NCBI GenBank assembly: GCA_037379345.1
Contig: CM074520.1
Span: 10,044,001-10,108,000, forward strand
DNA length: 64,000 bases
Direction: 5' to 3'
From: Perna viridis
Lineage: Eukaryota
Both the position numbers and the translations under genes were made by a program. Positions within the stretch are counted from its first letter, which is position 1. Each line of letters begins with the position of its first letter. The notes below the pieces were generated by a model. That model saw only the letters and a program-made list of their open reading frames with translations, was not told where the DNA came from and did not search any database. Below, piece by piece: positions 26,001-41,000 of this stretch.

Positions 26001-29000
26001 GGCTTTATATTGATGGGGCATACACTCTAAATGATCCAATATCCAATGTTAACTTTCTGCACAAGTAGGGGTATGCCCAGCACAACAACATGTGCAACTT
26101 CTTGTTTCTCTTTGTAGTCCAATCTGAAAACACGAAACACATCTAAGGGACTTCACAGTGAGTATGCACAATGATAGGTTTGACTTACCATGAGACCAAA
26201 TGTGTGATTTTCCCTTTTTAATGGACAGGTTACTCATTGGAGAAATACAGCCAGAAAACATCAGAGGATGTACAGACCATCAGGAAGGCAGATCTAGAGA
26301 ACCACAACAAAGATGGTGGACTCTGGGTGGTGATTCATGGGAAGGTTTATGATGTCCAGGAGTTCAAGGTCAATGCCAGATGTGGAAAACCTATACTAGA
26401 GGAATTTGCTAGTAAATATTTTTTTGCCAAATATTTGAACATGCACTGTTAAATTGTTATATTCTGTATTTCAGATTGAATCTGATACCATATGGAAAAA
26501 AATCAAGATTCCTTAAATCATTTTTTGACACTAAATATCAATCAGTTTTATACATCATATGATGCAACCTTAAGATAATGAACTACATCTATAAGTATAA
26601 ATGTACCAGGTTAATATTTGTTCTGTATTTATTTTCATTAATATTTCTATAATTTTGTGTCAGCTCGTGATGCAACAATGGCCTTTGAGAACTACCACCA
26701 CTCTGCAGAAGCCAGAGAGATGATGCAGTCTTACTATGTTGGGCAGTATCTAGATGTGAGTATTATTCCTCAAAGAGGACAATAAAAATGTGGGTCATCA
26801 TGTAAGACTAGTACAAAGCTGATTTATCAGACATTCTCATCCAGAAATGCATGAAATATCTACCATAGGATGTAAACCAACAATCAATCAATTTCTCATG
26901 CAGGAACTCATTAGTTCCTAAGATAATATTTTTAACTGATTCAATTCATTATATTTTCCAAATTAAGGAAAGAAATTTTTGGTTTCTACACTTGGGCTGA
27001 TAAGAATGTATCCATTTATGCAAATCCACATTGAATGCTTTACAAGATCCCCTTGTCAATGACATTTTTTCTTTTGTAATACAGTCTGAGATTTATTCAT
27101 GCTTTACCTTTACAGCCAGAGAAGGATGTAGTTCAATCAACAGACACTAGCACAGCTTCCTCACCTCTTATGGATGTGGAGAGGACACTTGGAATGTTGC
27201 TGGGACTACACTCCTCCTATCAGGCCAGGAGTACCTCACTATCACAGGAAGAGTTAGAAAACGAACACTGGTTAAAGGCAGAATTCTTTGCTGGAGGTCT
27301 GAAGGTCCTACAACCTAACAAGGAATTTGAAGAGGAGAAGGGGGAGACGAGAAGTTGTACTGCAACACCAGGTAACTATATCTAATATGTACCATGTTTG
27401 GACATTTGGAAACATTATTTTTATAACCTGCATATTATCATACTTTTTTGGAGGTAAAATTGCTATACATTTTTTCAGTTTTAATTGTTGATTTTAAATT
27501 CTATTCCTTAAAAAATTTATATACTTCTTGATGAATGAAGTAGATAGATTAAAAAAATTACTTTGTGATGCACCAAATTTTGCACTCTTACTTTTACAAA
27601 ATAGTATGCTGGTCCTCTATATTTAAATGTTTTTGCCTTTTTTTATGGATGATTTTTTGCTTAAAATGTCTTCAGCATTGTGAAGTTGTTATACCTTATA
27701 TTGAAAATAAACATTAAAATGTTGAAAAAAATTAGGAAATTTGCTGCACTACAATGTATTTCAAACTGGCTATAATTCTTTGTGTCATAAAAATCAATTA
27801 CTTTGAATGTAAATTCATATATGTTGTTGAAGATTAATATTAAATGCATGCTGTCATTGTAAACCTAGCAAAGTAAGTAATGAACTTCAAAAGATACAGA
27901 AAAAAAATTGCTGAAATGCCAAACATGGCAACAATTTTAGGTAAAAAAATTGTGGAAGTGAAGAGAAAAAAGATTGAATGATAAAATTACTGTGGATTGA
28001 TAGTTCTTATTTCTGTTAAAAAAAATTACATTTACAATTATTTTTTTCAGGAACTACACCAACATCAGAGCAGCGTCACATTCCACCAGTGGAAGACAAG
28101 GAATCACTGAACGATCCAACACCTTCAACTGACCCTACTAATCTGTTCCTACAGGCCCTGGTTGAGGGTCGTGTCACAGAACACACTGTTAAAACATTCC
28201 AGGCCATTATGGAGAAGTATTACAAACAACACAACATGTTAAATATCAGCTTCTCTAACCATGAACATCCAATAGAGGAAGTAGGAAGGTAATACAAATA
28301 TCACATGTCAGATACATCTAATTCTGATGACAGTACTTGAATGGAGAAAACTTCCCAATCTATGTTACATGGGGGGATTGGGGATTGAATGGGGAGAATG
28401 GGAAAATTAGTTTTTAAAGTATTTATAGATATGAAAAATGTATTAAATTTAATTATAAATAACATTTTAAATGCTGAAGAATTAAAAAATATAAAGTTTA
28501 ATTTGATGATATAAATACATGTATTTGATAAGAAATATGCAATGAGTATGGGTATTTTTCGATGGGGAACGGGTATGTGGAATGGTGAATGGGGGAATGA
28601 TATATGGTATGAGTGGGAAGTTTATTCCGTCCAAGTGCTGTACCATAGTACCATATGGCAGGTTATCTTTGGGGGGGGGGGCGCTGTTGTAAAATTTGGC
28701 GATTTTGAGGCAGAAAGGTACACAAACAATTTTTGCATTACTAGTTTTGATGGATGCTTAGTAATGCAATAAGTACATAAGCCCAGTGTAAATATTTTGT
28801 TGGATTTATTTTTGTGTTTTTAGACAGACCACTAAAATATGTCAAATACGCACCCTGTGAAAAAATTACCCATGATAGTCTAATGGCATATTATCCATTA
28901 ATCACAAACTGTAAATGTAAATTAGACATTTTGGTATTTTGCATAGCATGAATTGAGTAAAAATCATGTTATACAAGATTTCACTAGTGTGTCAGTTTCA

Positions 29001-32000
29001 GTTTAAATAAACAATCAAGATTAAAACTAATTTTTGGTTGTAGGATCATCATATTAAGGTCATTCACAGTGCAGCTTTTGATTTGGTTTCAAATGCTATT
29101 GTAAAAAATTGATAGTCTAAATGAAATAAATATTTAATTGTTACAGACTGTTGATGGCAGTTTTACTGAAGCATCATGACTTAGGACACCTTGCTTTAAG
29201 TCTGGTAGATCATGGACAAACAGAGAAACATCTTCCAAGATCATTAGTAGAACTGTTTAAAATTGTAAACCAGACCAGGAAAACTCTAGTCAAAGCTCAC
29301 CAAGATCAAGGCAGATCTTATAAGGAAGTGTGTGCTCCCCTGATCGAGAGATGTCACTTCCTGTTCAATGAACTGAGACCAGCTACTGGTCATGAGGTCA
29401 ATGCTTTCAATAGATCAAAAGTCTTAAGAAGTAATCCTCGATGGAAACAGGTTACCATGAGGATGATGGATGAACATTTCAAGGCTAAACGTAAGTTATC
29501 AATCAATAAAACTTTTGACAAAGCATCATGGTCCATACTTTTAAAAGAGAGATAAATGAAAGTTAATGCTATCAAGTGACGGGGCTAGTGTAAACATTAC
29601 AATTCACAGTCATGATCTGGTTTTCATGCCCATCAACACCAAGTGGCAAGGTATGATTTGATACCCTCTGAAAAGTTGAGTGTCCATCCATCTGTCCACC
29701 CCCTAGAGAATTTTCCAGATGAGAAGTTGATAAGATATATAACTTTGTATAGTTATTGAATATTATAAAATACAAATCAAGAACAAAGTTCATTTTGATT
29801 GGATTATTTACGAAACAGTTACGGTCATTTTAAATTGATTGTACCTCAAAATATTGTTGCAACATGATGAGGTATCATTTAATGTCCAATTAGATGCTCT
29901 AATTCTTTTAATATTACATAATGGATTTTTGTAAAAGTTTTAGATATCACAGCACCACTAAAGAATGATTATTATGTATCTGGGTTTTCCCAAACTGGTT
30001 ATAATGAGGGGTGTTGTGTGGTATATTATATTAGATATAAGCCATTCTTTTAATACTATTATAAACTCCGATATTATCGCATTTAAGTGATTACAATTTT
30101 GCAGTAAACAAAAAAAGTAACTCACTTCTTTAATGGTAAAAAAGGACTAATGCAAATTGTAGTTATTGCAATTACATCCCTGTGTCATTTCCCACAATCA
30201 TAAATTCAATAAATAAAATTAACTTACATTAGTATTTTTGCATAATACATGCTTTGTAGAAATTACTTAATTCTGCCTGATGCTGGCCTGTAGTTTGTAT
30301 TATTTTGGATTTATCTTCAGGTTTGTCACAAGTAGAGGAAGAAGAAGAAAGGAAAGAAAGTGATGAGGAGGTAGGGGGAGCCACTGGTGGTTTTGATGAG
30401 GTCAAGGCTGAACAGATCATTTTGGAGATAAAGGAGGAGCCCGGACAACAAGTGACCTCCACAACTCTAGAATCTGTGGAGGTGGTGGGTCAACCTCAGG
30501 AGGAGATTCCATCTCCTGAAAAATCTAAAATAAGGAGTGAGGCCAATTCATCTGTTGAAGGATCTCCAATGAAAAAGGTATTATTATAACCCTTGCAAAG
30601 TGCGGAGGGTATGATGTTTTTGACCTGTCTGTCGGTCCATCATTAGTTTTCCAGACTTTTTTTTCTAAACATTCGCCGATATTGGGCTGATTTTTGGTAT
30701 GTGAGTCTACCGTGATGAATTACAGATCAAGTGTATGTTTCGTTCTGCGCTTTGATGTTTACCGAAAATACGGCCTTGGACTCAGCAAATTTCATAGAAA
30801 TAACAGTTTTCCGAATATTTTTCTCAGCTATTTCAGAAATTGAGGTGATTTTTGGTATACAAGTCTACAATGTACAATGATGAGTTACAGATTAGGTTTA
30901 TGTCTGGTTGAGATTTCTATGAATTAAGGCCCTTTGAACTTTCTTTTTCTTTTCCAAATACTTTTTATTTGTGAGTACAATATGTGGACATGTAGTGTAT
31001 GTGAGTGCACTCACTAAGGTTGTTTGATATTAAATAACATAGTTATTACATAAAAATATTTCAAAGATATATTTTGTAAAGAATCAGACAATTACATAAG
31101 TTGTTATTTTTTTTTTAAACCCATCACTTTCCTTCTATTGGTCAAGAATATCCTTATGAACACTTTAGAATCATCAGAACTAACTTCAGTCCTACTGAAT
31201 TTCAATTTATTAAATAAAAGGAAGAGCTAATATTAACGTATTTTTATCTAATAGGTTGATTCCTGGAAGCAGATAGCAAAAACAGTGTCTAGCTCTCGAA
31301 AGTTTGGATGGTTGAAACAGAAAATGACAGGATCTAGAATTAATCAGAGTCTAGTGAATGGTATTGTTGAGTTTGTACTGCATGAACATCCTATAGATAT
31401 AGAAAAACTGAGGCGATCACTTCATCACCAGGTAAAGAAATAACTTATTTTCTAAAAAATAGATAAGTAGTTTTTATCGTAACAAATTTTTAATCAGTTT
31501 TAGTTACCTTTTTGTTACTTTGTTTTTGTGAGAATAATTGAAAATTTGGAATATTGAAGAATGTCATAAAACTGAAACATAAAAAATGTAACAACCTTTA
31601 CTACTTAACACAGAGAGAAATCACAGATTCTTCCTCTAACTAGAAACATGGACTGAGCATACCACAACAGAAAGGATCCATGCCTGATATATTTTTCATT
31701 ACAAACAAATGAAATGAACTTTTTCATTAGTTATAGATGCTCAGTATGTCTGTTAAAGTTTTTTATTCACTGAATTTTTTGTCATTGCATGTAGGCATAT
31801 AAAGTTTTAATTGGTCGTGTGTTTCTGTATTCAGGTTGATAGAGCCCAATTGAGGCTGAAAGGCATTCAGAACATGTTATCGCTGGTCAGTAAAGACTAT
31901 CTTATACCTTCTACTAAATACAACATCCTTTGTGGGTGGCTAGGCCTGCTCATTGTCGGCACCAAAAACTGTACAATGATGCCCCACTGTCTGTCCAATG

Positions 32001-35000
32001 TCAGTTTGATACCTCCATGTGATAGAATTCTGTTAGAGCTGTTGTTCTCTGATTTGTATAAGTGGGCAATACAGGAGCTAAGATCTGGTATCATTGAGTC
32101 CGATATGATGTTTAAAGAAAGAGGAATTAACCCAGCTGTCTCTATACAGGACTCACAAAAGGTAGACATTATACATTGGTTTGTAAATGCGTCATATTAC
32201 CGTATAAATGATTATTTTCGCAGTGATTTAAATTTCATTATATTTGAAGTCAAAGTTGGAAATATTTATGAAGATAAAATATAGTTATTCAGCTTCGTCT
32301 TATTCATTGAACTGTTTGTCTGGCATGAAAATTACACTAAACAAAAAAAAACCACAACCAGTTTTTCATGAAAAACAAGAAATTTTCCATACACGAAAAA
32401 AAAGAACATTTATAAAGTATATTTTCTATCCATACATTCAAATTGCTAAATATACTGGACACAAGCTGTAGCATGTTCATAATACATGTACATCTTATGT
32501 AAAGTTCTGTTCATGCCATTGATATGGTATGTTCTATAGAATCTATCGAAGAAATGCATTGTCAAAACAGATCTTTTCAGTCATAGATAAATTTCCCCTT
32601 TCATTGAACAGTTATATTAAAAATATGGAATTTATTGCTACTTTTACAGTTATTTTGGATATCTCATACATTGTGTGTAGAATCTCAGCTGGAAGTAAAA
32701 TTTATCATTTTCAGATGTGAACATGAAAAAATAATTTAATTTGTTTTATTCTGATTTGGGGTCAAGGTTATTATCAATGAACAAACTTGGTACTGTGATG
32801 TCATTAAACATTGATGGGTCTGCAGTTCAAATAATTCCAAACTAAATAAGACTTTGATAAAGAGACAAATTCTTATTTTGACTTTAATCGATTACCGGTA
32901 GAAATTTAATTATAATGATTGTTTAAAATTTTGACCATGTTATGCTTGCATAGCCAACTTTTGGGCAGTTTACACTTGTTCACAAATCACTTCGCTGTTC
33001 ATGAAGTGTAAACTACCCCAAAGTTGGTTACTTCAAATAACCTGGTCAAAAATTAAAAACAATCCTAAAATATAAGAAACAAAATAAAAATAGACTCAAT
33101 AAAACTCATTTTATACCATATGTGAAATTTAATTGTATTTAATTTCAGGAGACTTTAAGTTTAGGAGCATTACCCCATTCTAGATTCCTGTTAGCTACCA
33201 TGGGTATATTGATATCTGTCCATCAAAGTAACTTAATTAGTTTGTTGTTGAACTCGGGTGTTCTAGGATTGACTCAGACATTGATGAGGCTGGTTGGTAA
33301 GTTGTCTATAATTCACCCCCTTTCTTAGTGGATTTTACATGTAATTATAAATTGTTGCTCAGTTAATATGTAAATTACCTTATAATCTACAAACATTTGT
33401 TATGTAAATTACAAATGATTCTCATATTAAAGTATATGATTGCTTATATATGGTACACACATATCGGTAAAAACAGACAATTGTCATATGTAAACCATAT
33501 TAAAACCACTACACACATATTCATACATTTCTGACTGTGTATACTCTCTATTTTATCACTTTAGTCCGTTTTCCTTTGAATCTTGGCAAATATATGCAGC
33601 TTGCATAAACGTAAAGTATTTTTACACTCCTTATTTGCAAAGAGGTTTTTCCTGCTATATTTTGTTCTTGCAAATATCTTAAAATTGAATTTTTAAAAGG
33701 AACAATTTAAGTATCCTCCCCAGTCTCTCAATTTTATATAAATGTTTTTTTCAATACTTTAGGTCCTGATCCAGAAAGACCAATACAGGACAATATAGGA
33801 ACAATTCATGCTGTATTAGAAGAACAGAAACACAAGAAACAGTCACAACCAATACCTATCTCTGGACCAGAATTAGCAGGCATGATGAAAATAGGGACCC
33901 GGGTTGTCAGGGGTATAGACTGGAAATGGGGAGACCAGGTTTGTACTACATGTATTGATGAAACTACAATTAGCTAAAAAAGATACATATATTATATATA
34001 ATATTTAAAGTAGCTATAATGGAGGGGGTTTAGCTACAGTTTTCCTTTGTAAATCTTTTTATTTCTTGATGAAGTTTTTTGGAGTTGAATATTTTATGTA
34101 CAATGAATTTGATATTAGGAAAGTATAGGAAGGTCTTCAATAATTCTGTTCAGAAAAGAGATTTCTAATCTTAGGACTAAATATTTGAAAATTAAGTGAG
34201 GATAATAATGTTTTTTTAATGGCCCAAGTATTGACCATATGCTTTATTACTATTTGATGATGATTGAGATATGTTAACATTTCAGGATGGTCCTGCACCC
34301 AGTATGGGTCGTGTAATTGGAGAATTGGGTGAGGATGGGTGGATCCGTGTCCAGTGGGATACAGGGAGTACTAACAGTTATAGAATGGGTAAGGAAGGAA
34401 AATATGACCTGAAGCTAGCGGAACCTCCAGAGATGCCAGACAACGAAGAAGATGATGAAGATGAAGCAGAATCTGGTAGGTTTTAAATAAAGATGCCTTT
34501 ATTTATCACATGGATTCATTTATTTATCACAGGGATTCATTTATTTATGTTCTTTAAAGTATTGCTATCAAAGAAACTGTAGCAGTGCCATGCGATTTTC
34601 ATATTTTACTTTTAAAGGTCTTTTCCAAAACATTTCTGACACAAACATCAGAATTCCATCAGCTTAAAACAGTTATAAATTATCTAAAGCAAGGCATATA
34701 GAAGTGTATACGTGCAAGTACATGTATATATGCATGTGATTCAGCTGTTTACTATAATTTTGTGTTCCTTTGATTTGGAAGTTGGAGTGAGTAAGCGATA
34801 ACACTTTTCATTGAAAATAAGGATTGCATTATCAGGGTTGAGTTACAGGTTTTTTGGACTCACAGCCTTTAAAGGAAAAGTTCTTAACTATTTTCATATG
34901 GCATATCTGTTTATATACTAGTAAATGTTTTTTTTTATCTAACATTCACCTAAATGTGTTTCTGTATTACAGAGAAATCCAAACCAGAGAGTAAACATCC

Positions 35001-38000
35001 CACATCATTGATCAGGAGGTCTACTATAGCCCTACTTAGGACTCTGTGTACCTGCTGTGCCATCAATGCCGAACAAATGCATAGTCAGGCTGTCAATACA
35101 TTGTGTGGACTAATACAAAGGGTCATAGATGCTGGATGTCACCAGGGACCAAGTAAGTACAGAAATCGTTCAAAGATCAATCTGTCAGGTCACTGTGTAG
35201 GCTTATACAGAAGATGATTTATGTTAGTTGTCAACAGGGACCAAGTAAGTACAGAAATAGAGGGTCAACCTCAGCTCACTTTGTGGGCTGGTGCATAGGG
35301 GAATATTTGATAGTATAAGATAAAGGTCATTCTGATAGCACATGATGTGGACTGATAGATGTTAGGTGTCACCATTGACCAAGTTTGTATGGAAACAAAA
35401 CTACATGTAAGTCACAATTTAAGGTCAAAAGTCAGGATAACAGTATTTGTGTTAGGTGGTATGCTTGGTGTTACCAGGGACTAATTGCATAGGAACTAGC
35501 CTCAAAGTAAGGTCAAAGGTGGACAGAGTGAGTAGAGGGACTAAGACTTCAATCTATCTCCTGATACTAATCGGTATAAAAGGATGTAATGAGCTGTAAC
35601 ATGTTAATTGTTTAATACACAAGAAGAGGAATTTCTCCTGAGAGTAGACTATCTAATAATGGTTTAGATACTGATAAAAATATTGTGGCTATAGAATCTG
35701 TTTTAAATTGGGTTGGTTGTATTTTGATTGTATGTTTAAAATTTGTGAAGTCTGTGAATGAAAGGCTCTCTACTTTTTTCCTTAACGTAGGACCTTTATG
35801 CAAGCTTATTATTTTTTTCTGTTAATTTGTGTTGTAGATTCCAATGGAAACAATGTACAAGTAGCCTTTGAACAACATTTCTCCTGGTGCACCCTGGGAT
35901 TTATCAGATCTATAGCAACAGGACCAACTATCTGTAAAGCTCTTAGTTCACCCAGATGGATTGATCTGCTCCTTAAAGTGCTTGAAGAAGATAGATCTCC
36001 CTCCCATGCAAAAAACATTGCAAAACAGGTCTGTTGACATGGTTATTTAACTCTAAATGCCTGCTCATTAAGATAAATTCTTAAGTTATTATGAAAATTT
36101 TATGATTATTAGAAATGGAATTCAAAGTAACCATGGTAATTTATATTCAAAATTTTGATTTTTTCTCTTTAAATGTAGTGATATGGTAATAAAATTCCTG
36201 ATAAAAAGGATAAACACTGTTCATAGAAATCAAAGTGAACATCTAGGTACTTGATTAATGCTAAATTGTACATTTTTATGATATTTTTATGTGAGACTTA
36301 AAATAAATTGGTAAGCTGTTTGTAGAAAATGTGGCTTAGATCTTCCTGATCATCTTACATTTTAAAAGAAAGTTTGCACTTACACGTATAACTTTATCAA
36401 GCCCCTTTGTGTCACTCATGAGATTAAATTACTTATATCTGTTTCTAACAGATAATGACATTGAAGTTTCTGTCAGCTGTTTTACCATCATGGGATGATA
36501 GCCAGGACTCAGGCAGAGCCAAGATAATTGTACAGAGACTGTTTAATCTATTGGGAAATATATTAATGACATGTTCCTCAGATCCTACATTATTACCACA
36601 TGGTTAGTACAAGAAAGATGACCTTTTGGCCTTTGATGCCTTAATTTTATATGATTTTTTTGCAAGTTTTGTACACTGAGGGAACCTTTTTATTTATTTT
36701 TGTGCTCAAAGGTAAAGGTCACTGAATCTGCTATTTACAGAAGAACCCTCTTATAAGGGTTTTTAAGGGTAGCAGGATGGCCTAATGGTTAAGGTACTGG
36801 ATTTGTAACAAAGAGGTTGCGATTACTGTGGGTTTTACTTGTGTCAAGGGTCCCAGGCATGCTTTGGCATGGGTTTTTTTTTCCTGAATTTTCAAAGATT
36901 CAATGAAACTGATCTGTAACATTTTAAAGTAGCTAAAAAGTGTACATTATTTCCACCATTTTAGCTTCAAGAACTATATTGACTTCATTTATATTTTTTA
37001 AGTTATAACTCTAAGATTAGAACATTGCAAAGTGCCTTTTCAGATTGCTATTTTCACAGATATTAATGCTGAGTAATAAACTCTAAACCTGTCATTTAAA
37101 AAAAATTTAATCTCTTCTTAACAGTTGATTGTCCAAGGAAGGGTCATAAGCAAAGAGCACCTGTTTCTCTGACAGCCTCCTATACCAGTACTATAGCTGA
37201 AGAAATCATTACCCTGATCAGAAAACTGCATACCTGTGAATTCTGGAATCTCTATATCAACAGTTTCATCACAGAACACCTGTCACTGATAACAGACATG
37301 GTCATTGATAAACCTAAACCACCAAGAGTTCGGGTTTGTTGATATTAAAAATGTTAGTCATTGATAAGCCAAAACCATGTGCAGTCAAGGTTGCTGATAT
37401 TTGTTAGTCATTGATAAACCAAACAAAACCACATGGAGTTAAGATTGTTGATATTTGTTAGTCATTGATAAACTAAAACCATCAAGAGTTGAAATTGGTT
37501 GATATTTGTTGGTCATTGATAAACTAAAACCATCAAGAGTTGAAATTGGTTGATATTTGTTGGTCATTGATAAACTAAAACCATCAAGAGTTGAAATTGG
37601 TTGATATTTGTTGGTCATTGATAAACTAAAACCATCACGAGTTGAAATTGGTTGATATTTGTTGGTCATTGATAAACTAAAACCATCAAGAGTTGAAATT
37701 GGTTGATATTTATTAGAAGAATTCAAAGTAGAAAGTTCAATTTGGATAAAAAAAATATTAGACCATTGAGCCAGACATGAGTGTTAAAAATGAAGTAACT
37801 TATTAAGAATGGTAATATGTCATTATACAAAGTGAATTGAGTTATCATTGGTTAGTTTAAATCAGGAGAAAAAAATATATACAATCAATGCTTAAACATA
37901 GTTTTTCAGGTCTGTAATTTTTGGGAATCAGAACCAAAGTCATCAACTAAAGACAATATCGAGCCATTTATTTTTTTTAGAACAGTTTTATGTGAATTAA

Positions 38001-41000
38001 ACAGATAAAGTTTTACTGCTATTTAATGGTTGTTTTATCCATCAATGCCGTTTCCTTGCATTTCATAGTTTGTACAAAAAACCATAACTAGCTTCTTATT
38101 GACAATATTGATCTCTCAAAACATGTTGTCTAATTATAACTTCTTCACCTGTGTGCAGTGCAGCGTTAAATACCGGAAGTGCCAACCTGTCCTCGGGCTC
38201 ATTGTCATTTAATTATCAAATAACAAAAGATCAATTTAAAAGGTGAAACAATTGTTACTAATCCTTTAATCCGCTTGATGAACTGTTTCCAGATATCAGT
38301 TATCAATACACAACTTGGCAAATTAAAACATCTTTTTTATAAACGGTTGGACTTGACGCCATTGTTGTAGTGAAATACCTGATTTGCATTCGAACAGAAA
38401 ATGTAAACATTTCCAACTCGGATCCAATACATCGCTATATAAACTATTTTAATTTATGAATGGCTTGCAAATACAGGGAAACAGAAAAATACTTAATTTT
38501 AAAAGATTAATGACGAAAGGATATGCATTTCAGGGAATTTACCGGAATCCTTTCATCTCAATGTGGTCTTCTGCTGGTGATTTTTCCTTGCTTCCAAGTG
38601 CATGTTTTACACGGAAACTTAACTTTTTTTCGTCGATCTCCTTTGCCAAGAAGGGGGTGCGCGGAATACACGGATGTGGGTTATACACAGAATTTAATTT
38701 AATATTTCATTGCCTTTAAACAAAGATTGTACTTGACTTACAATATGTTAGATGTAGTTACAGCTTCTATTTGTAGATATAGCAACATTTTATAATTTGT
38801 TAATTTGTATAATAGGAGACTGCAGAAGACTTACTGGCTGATTGTAACCAGTCTCAGAACCAGGCAGCAGTCATGGCAGCACTTGCTGTAGTAGGAGGTA
38901 TCGACAACCGGCCACACCTTGGTGGTACCATCAGGCATCCCATCCATGGACAGGGTGTAGTCACTAGAATTACTCCAAAGGGGAAGATACATGTGCAGTT
39001 TGGTAGCAAGGTCATCAGAGTTTGCAGACTCAGTGAAATAATTTCTGTAAGTGAAAAATAAAGTGTTAAAAGTGGTTTTATAGCCATCTTCCGATAGTAC
39101 TGATACTGATTGCTTAATTTGTGAAGAACTGTAATTGTTTTAAACCTGTAATTCAGTAAGTGAATTATACAATAGTTACAAAAATGTACAGTTTAACTGA
39201 AATTTTGAAAAATTATAAGGAACTAACCATCCAGTCACCTTATACTGTGAATTCTTTGTGTTGAAATGGAGTTAGAACAGACTTACACTCTCTATGACCT
39301 ATTTTTGATATGTATATATTTTAGATTGCTAATATTGGATTTAGTGTGGAGAGTATGAAGTTGAATGAGAATGTCCTGACCATGTGGTCAACATTATTTG
39401 GTCTATGTGGTGTCATCTCTAAAGGAGAGAAAGAAATCAAAGATGGTCTAGATGAACCTTTTGGAATTAAAGGTATAAAATGGGTGTGGAATGGAAGAAA
39501 TGTAGTTTGGATTAATCCAGACAAACACTGCCACGAATTCTAAAGAAACATTAGAAAAAAAACAAGACCCACAACATATGGGAACTAAAAAGTACACGCA
39601 CAAAAAAAAAAAATAACTGCCAAAGTCTACTCTTATTTAAAAAATGTATGTTTTGGGTAATGTCATTCAGTCAGTTCAGCATTACACTTTTGTGTTCAGT
39701 TTTCTCTGCTTTGTAATGTAAAATTCACTATTAGTTAAATGAATTTACTTGCTTTGAAGACCATCACAGTAAGTTTGTATAGAAATTGAAATCTTGCATT
39801 CAACAAGTAGTTGCTTTGCTGTATGCTTATGAATGCAAATGTTTTCAATGGGATGTACAATACTCATGGAATTTTGCATTAATGATATCTTTTACTTTAC
39901 AGCTGATCATTCTGCTACAGAGAAAGAACTCAGAAGACAACAGCTGAGACTAGGTATTCTGAAGGCCACAAGAGTTCTGTTGAATCATCAGGAGGTCTTG
40001 AGACAAGTCCTCACTCAGAGGATTCTTAAGGCTTTACTGCCTCCACAGGAGCCCCAAGAACCATCTAGTGATGAGGAGGCCCCTGAACCTCCTAGCAGCA
40101 TACTACAGCAACTAATGGTAGCTGCCACCCAGCCATCACCTCTTAAACCAGTGTTTCCTAAAGAAGAGTTAGAGGTTTGTTATTTGAGTCAGCAAAATAC
40201 ATTTTGAGATACAAAGCAATTTGTCATTTTTAAAGGTGCACTTTATTGGGTGCCATGTCTTTTGTTAATTGTTCTGTTCTAGTGTTTCTTTGTTAGGGCC
40301 TCACAAGTATATAATAACCTGATACTCTCTCATTACTTTTCAGGATCTCTCATTACCCATTTTACTTTCCGTATTGATGAAATAAAAACAATAAATCATT
40401 TCCATCATTAATACTGTCTATAAACAATGTAAGGGCTATTCATTAATTGTGTAAAATATCAGAAATATCTCAACCAAGGTTTAAATATTTAAGTGAAGTG
40501 TTACTCAAATAGCCCTAAAAAGCACCCTCATAACATTTTGGGGCGATTAAAAATATATAAAGAAATGCCTCCCTCTCTTGTAGGTTTTCTTGAAAAATGG
40601 CCTGAGAATTAAGAAATTAACTTTGAAGAGCCATTTGATTCACAATTATTTTAAATGGCAAGTTGATACAATTCTGAATACAGCCCTTTGTGTAATAAGG
40701 GGTAATGTTTTGACAATAATTTATCCTTTTGATTGTATTGAATATCTCATTGACATAGGGAGCTGCTCTCATTGTAACACAGTACCTAACTGCATCCAGT
40801 GCACAGAGGTCAGAGGAATCTGAGTCTTCAGAGAGTGAGAGTGATGAGGAAGTTATTCCAACCACCAGTAACCGAGCTCTATCAGCTGACAGTAACAATA
40901 GCAACCGACCACCCAAACCAAAGAAAACCAGACCAGTACAACCTCCACCATCCCCATTGGTTACACAATTAATGGAGATGGGTTTCCCCAGGAAAAATGT

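Noticed and set aside
36768-36870. Functional tRNA gene
   Set aside because: Only the A-box/D-arm is recognisable; no T-loop/B-box or acceptor stem.
37439-37726. 95-aa repetitive - strand ORF ([17 protein letters not shown])n
   Set aside because: Antisense translation of the 51-bp exon-derived tandem array.
38150-38700. Relatively CpG-rich intronic patch as an internal promoter
   Set aside because: More simply a younger transposon relic; I could not define termini or promoter motifs.
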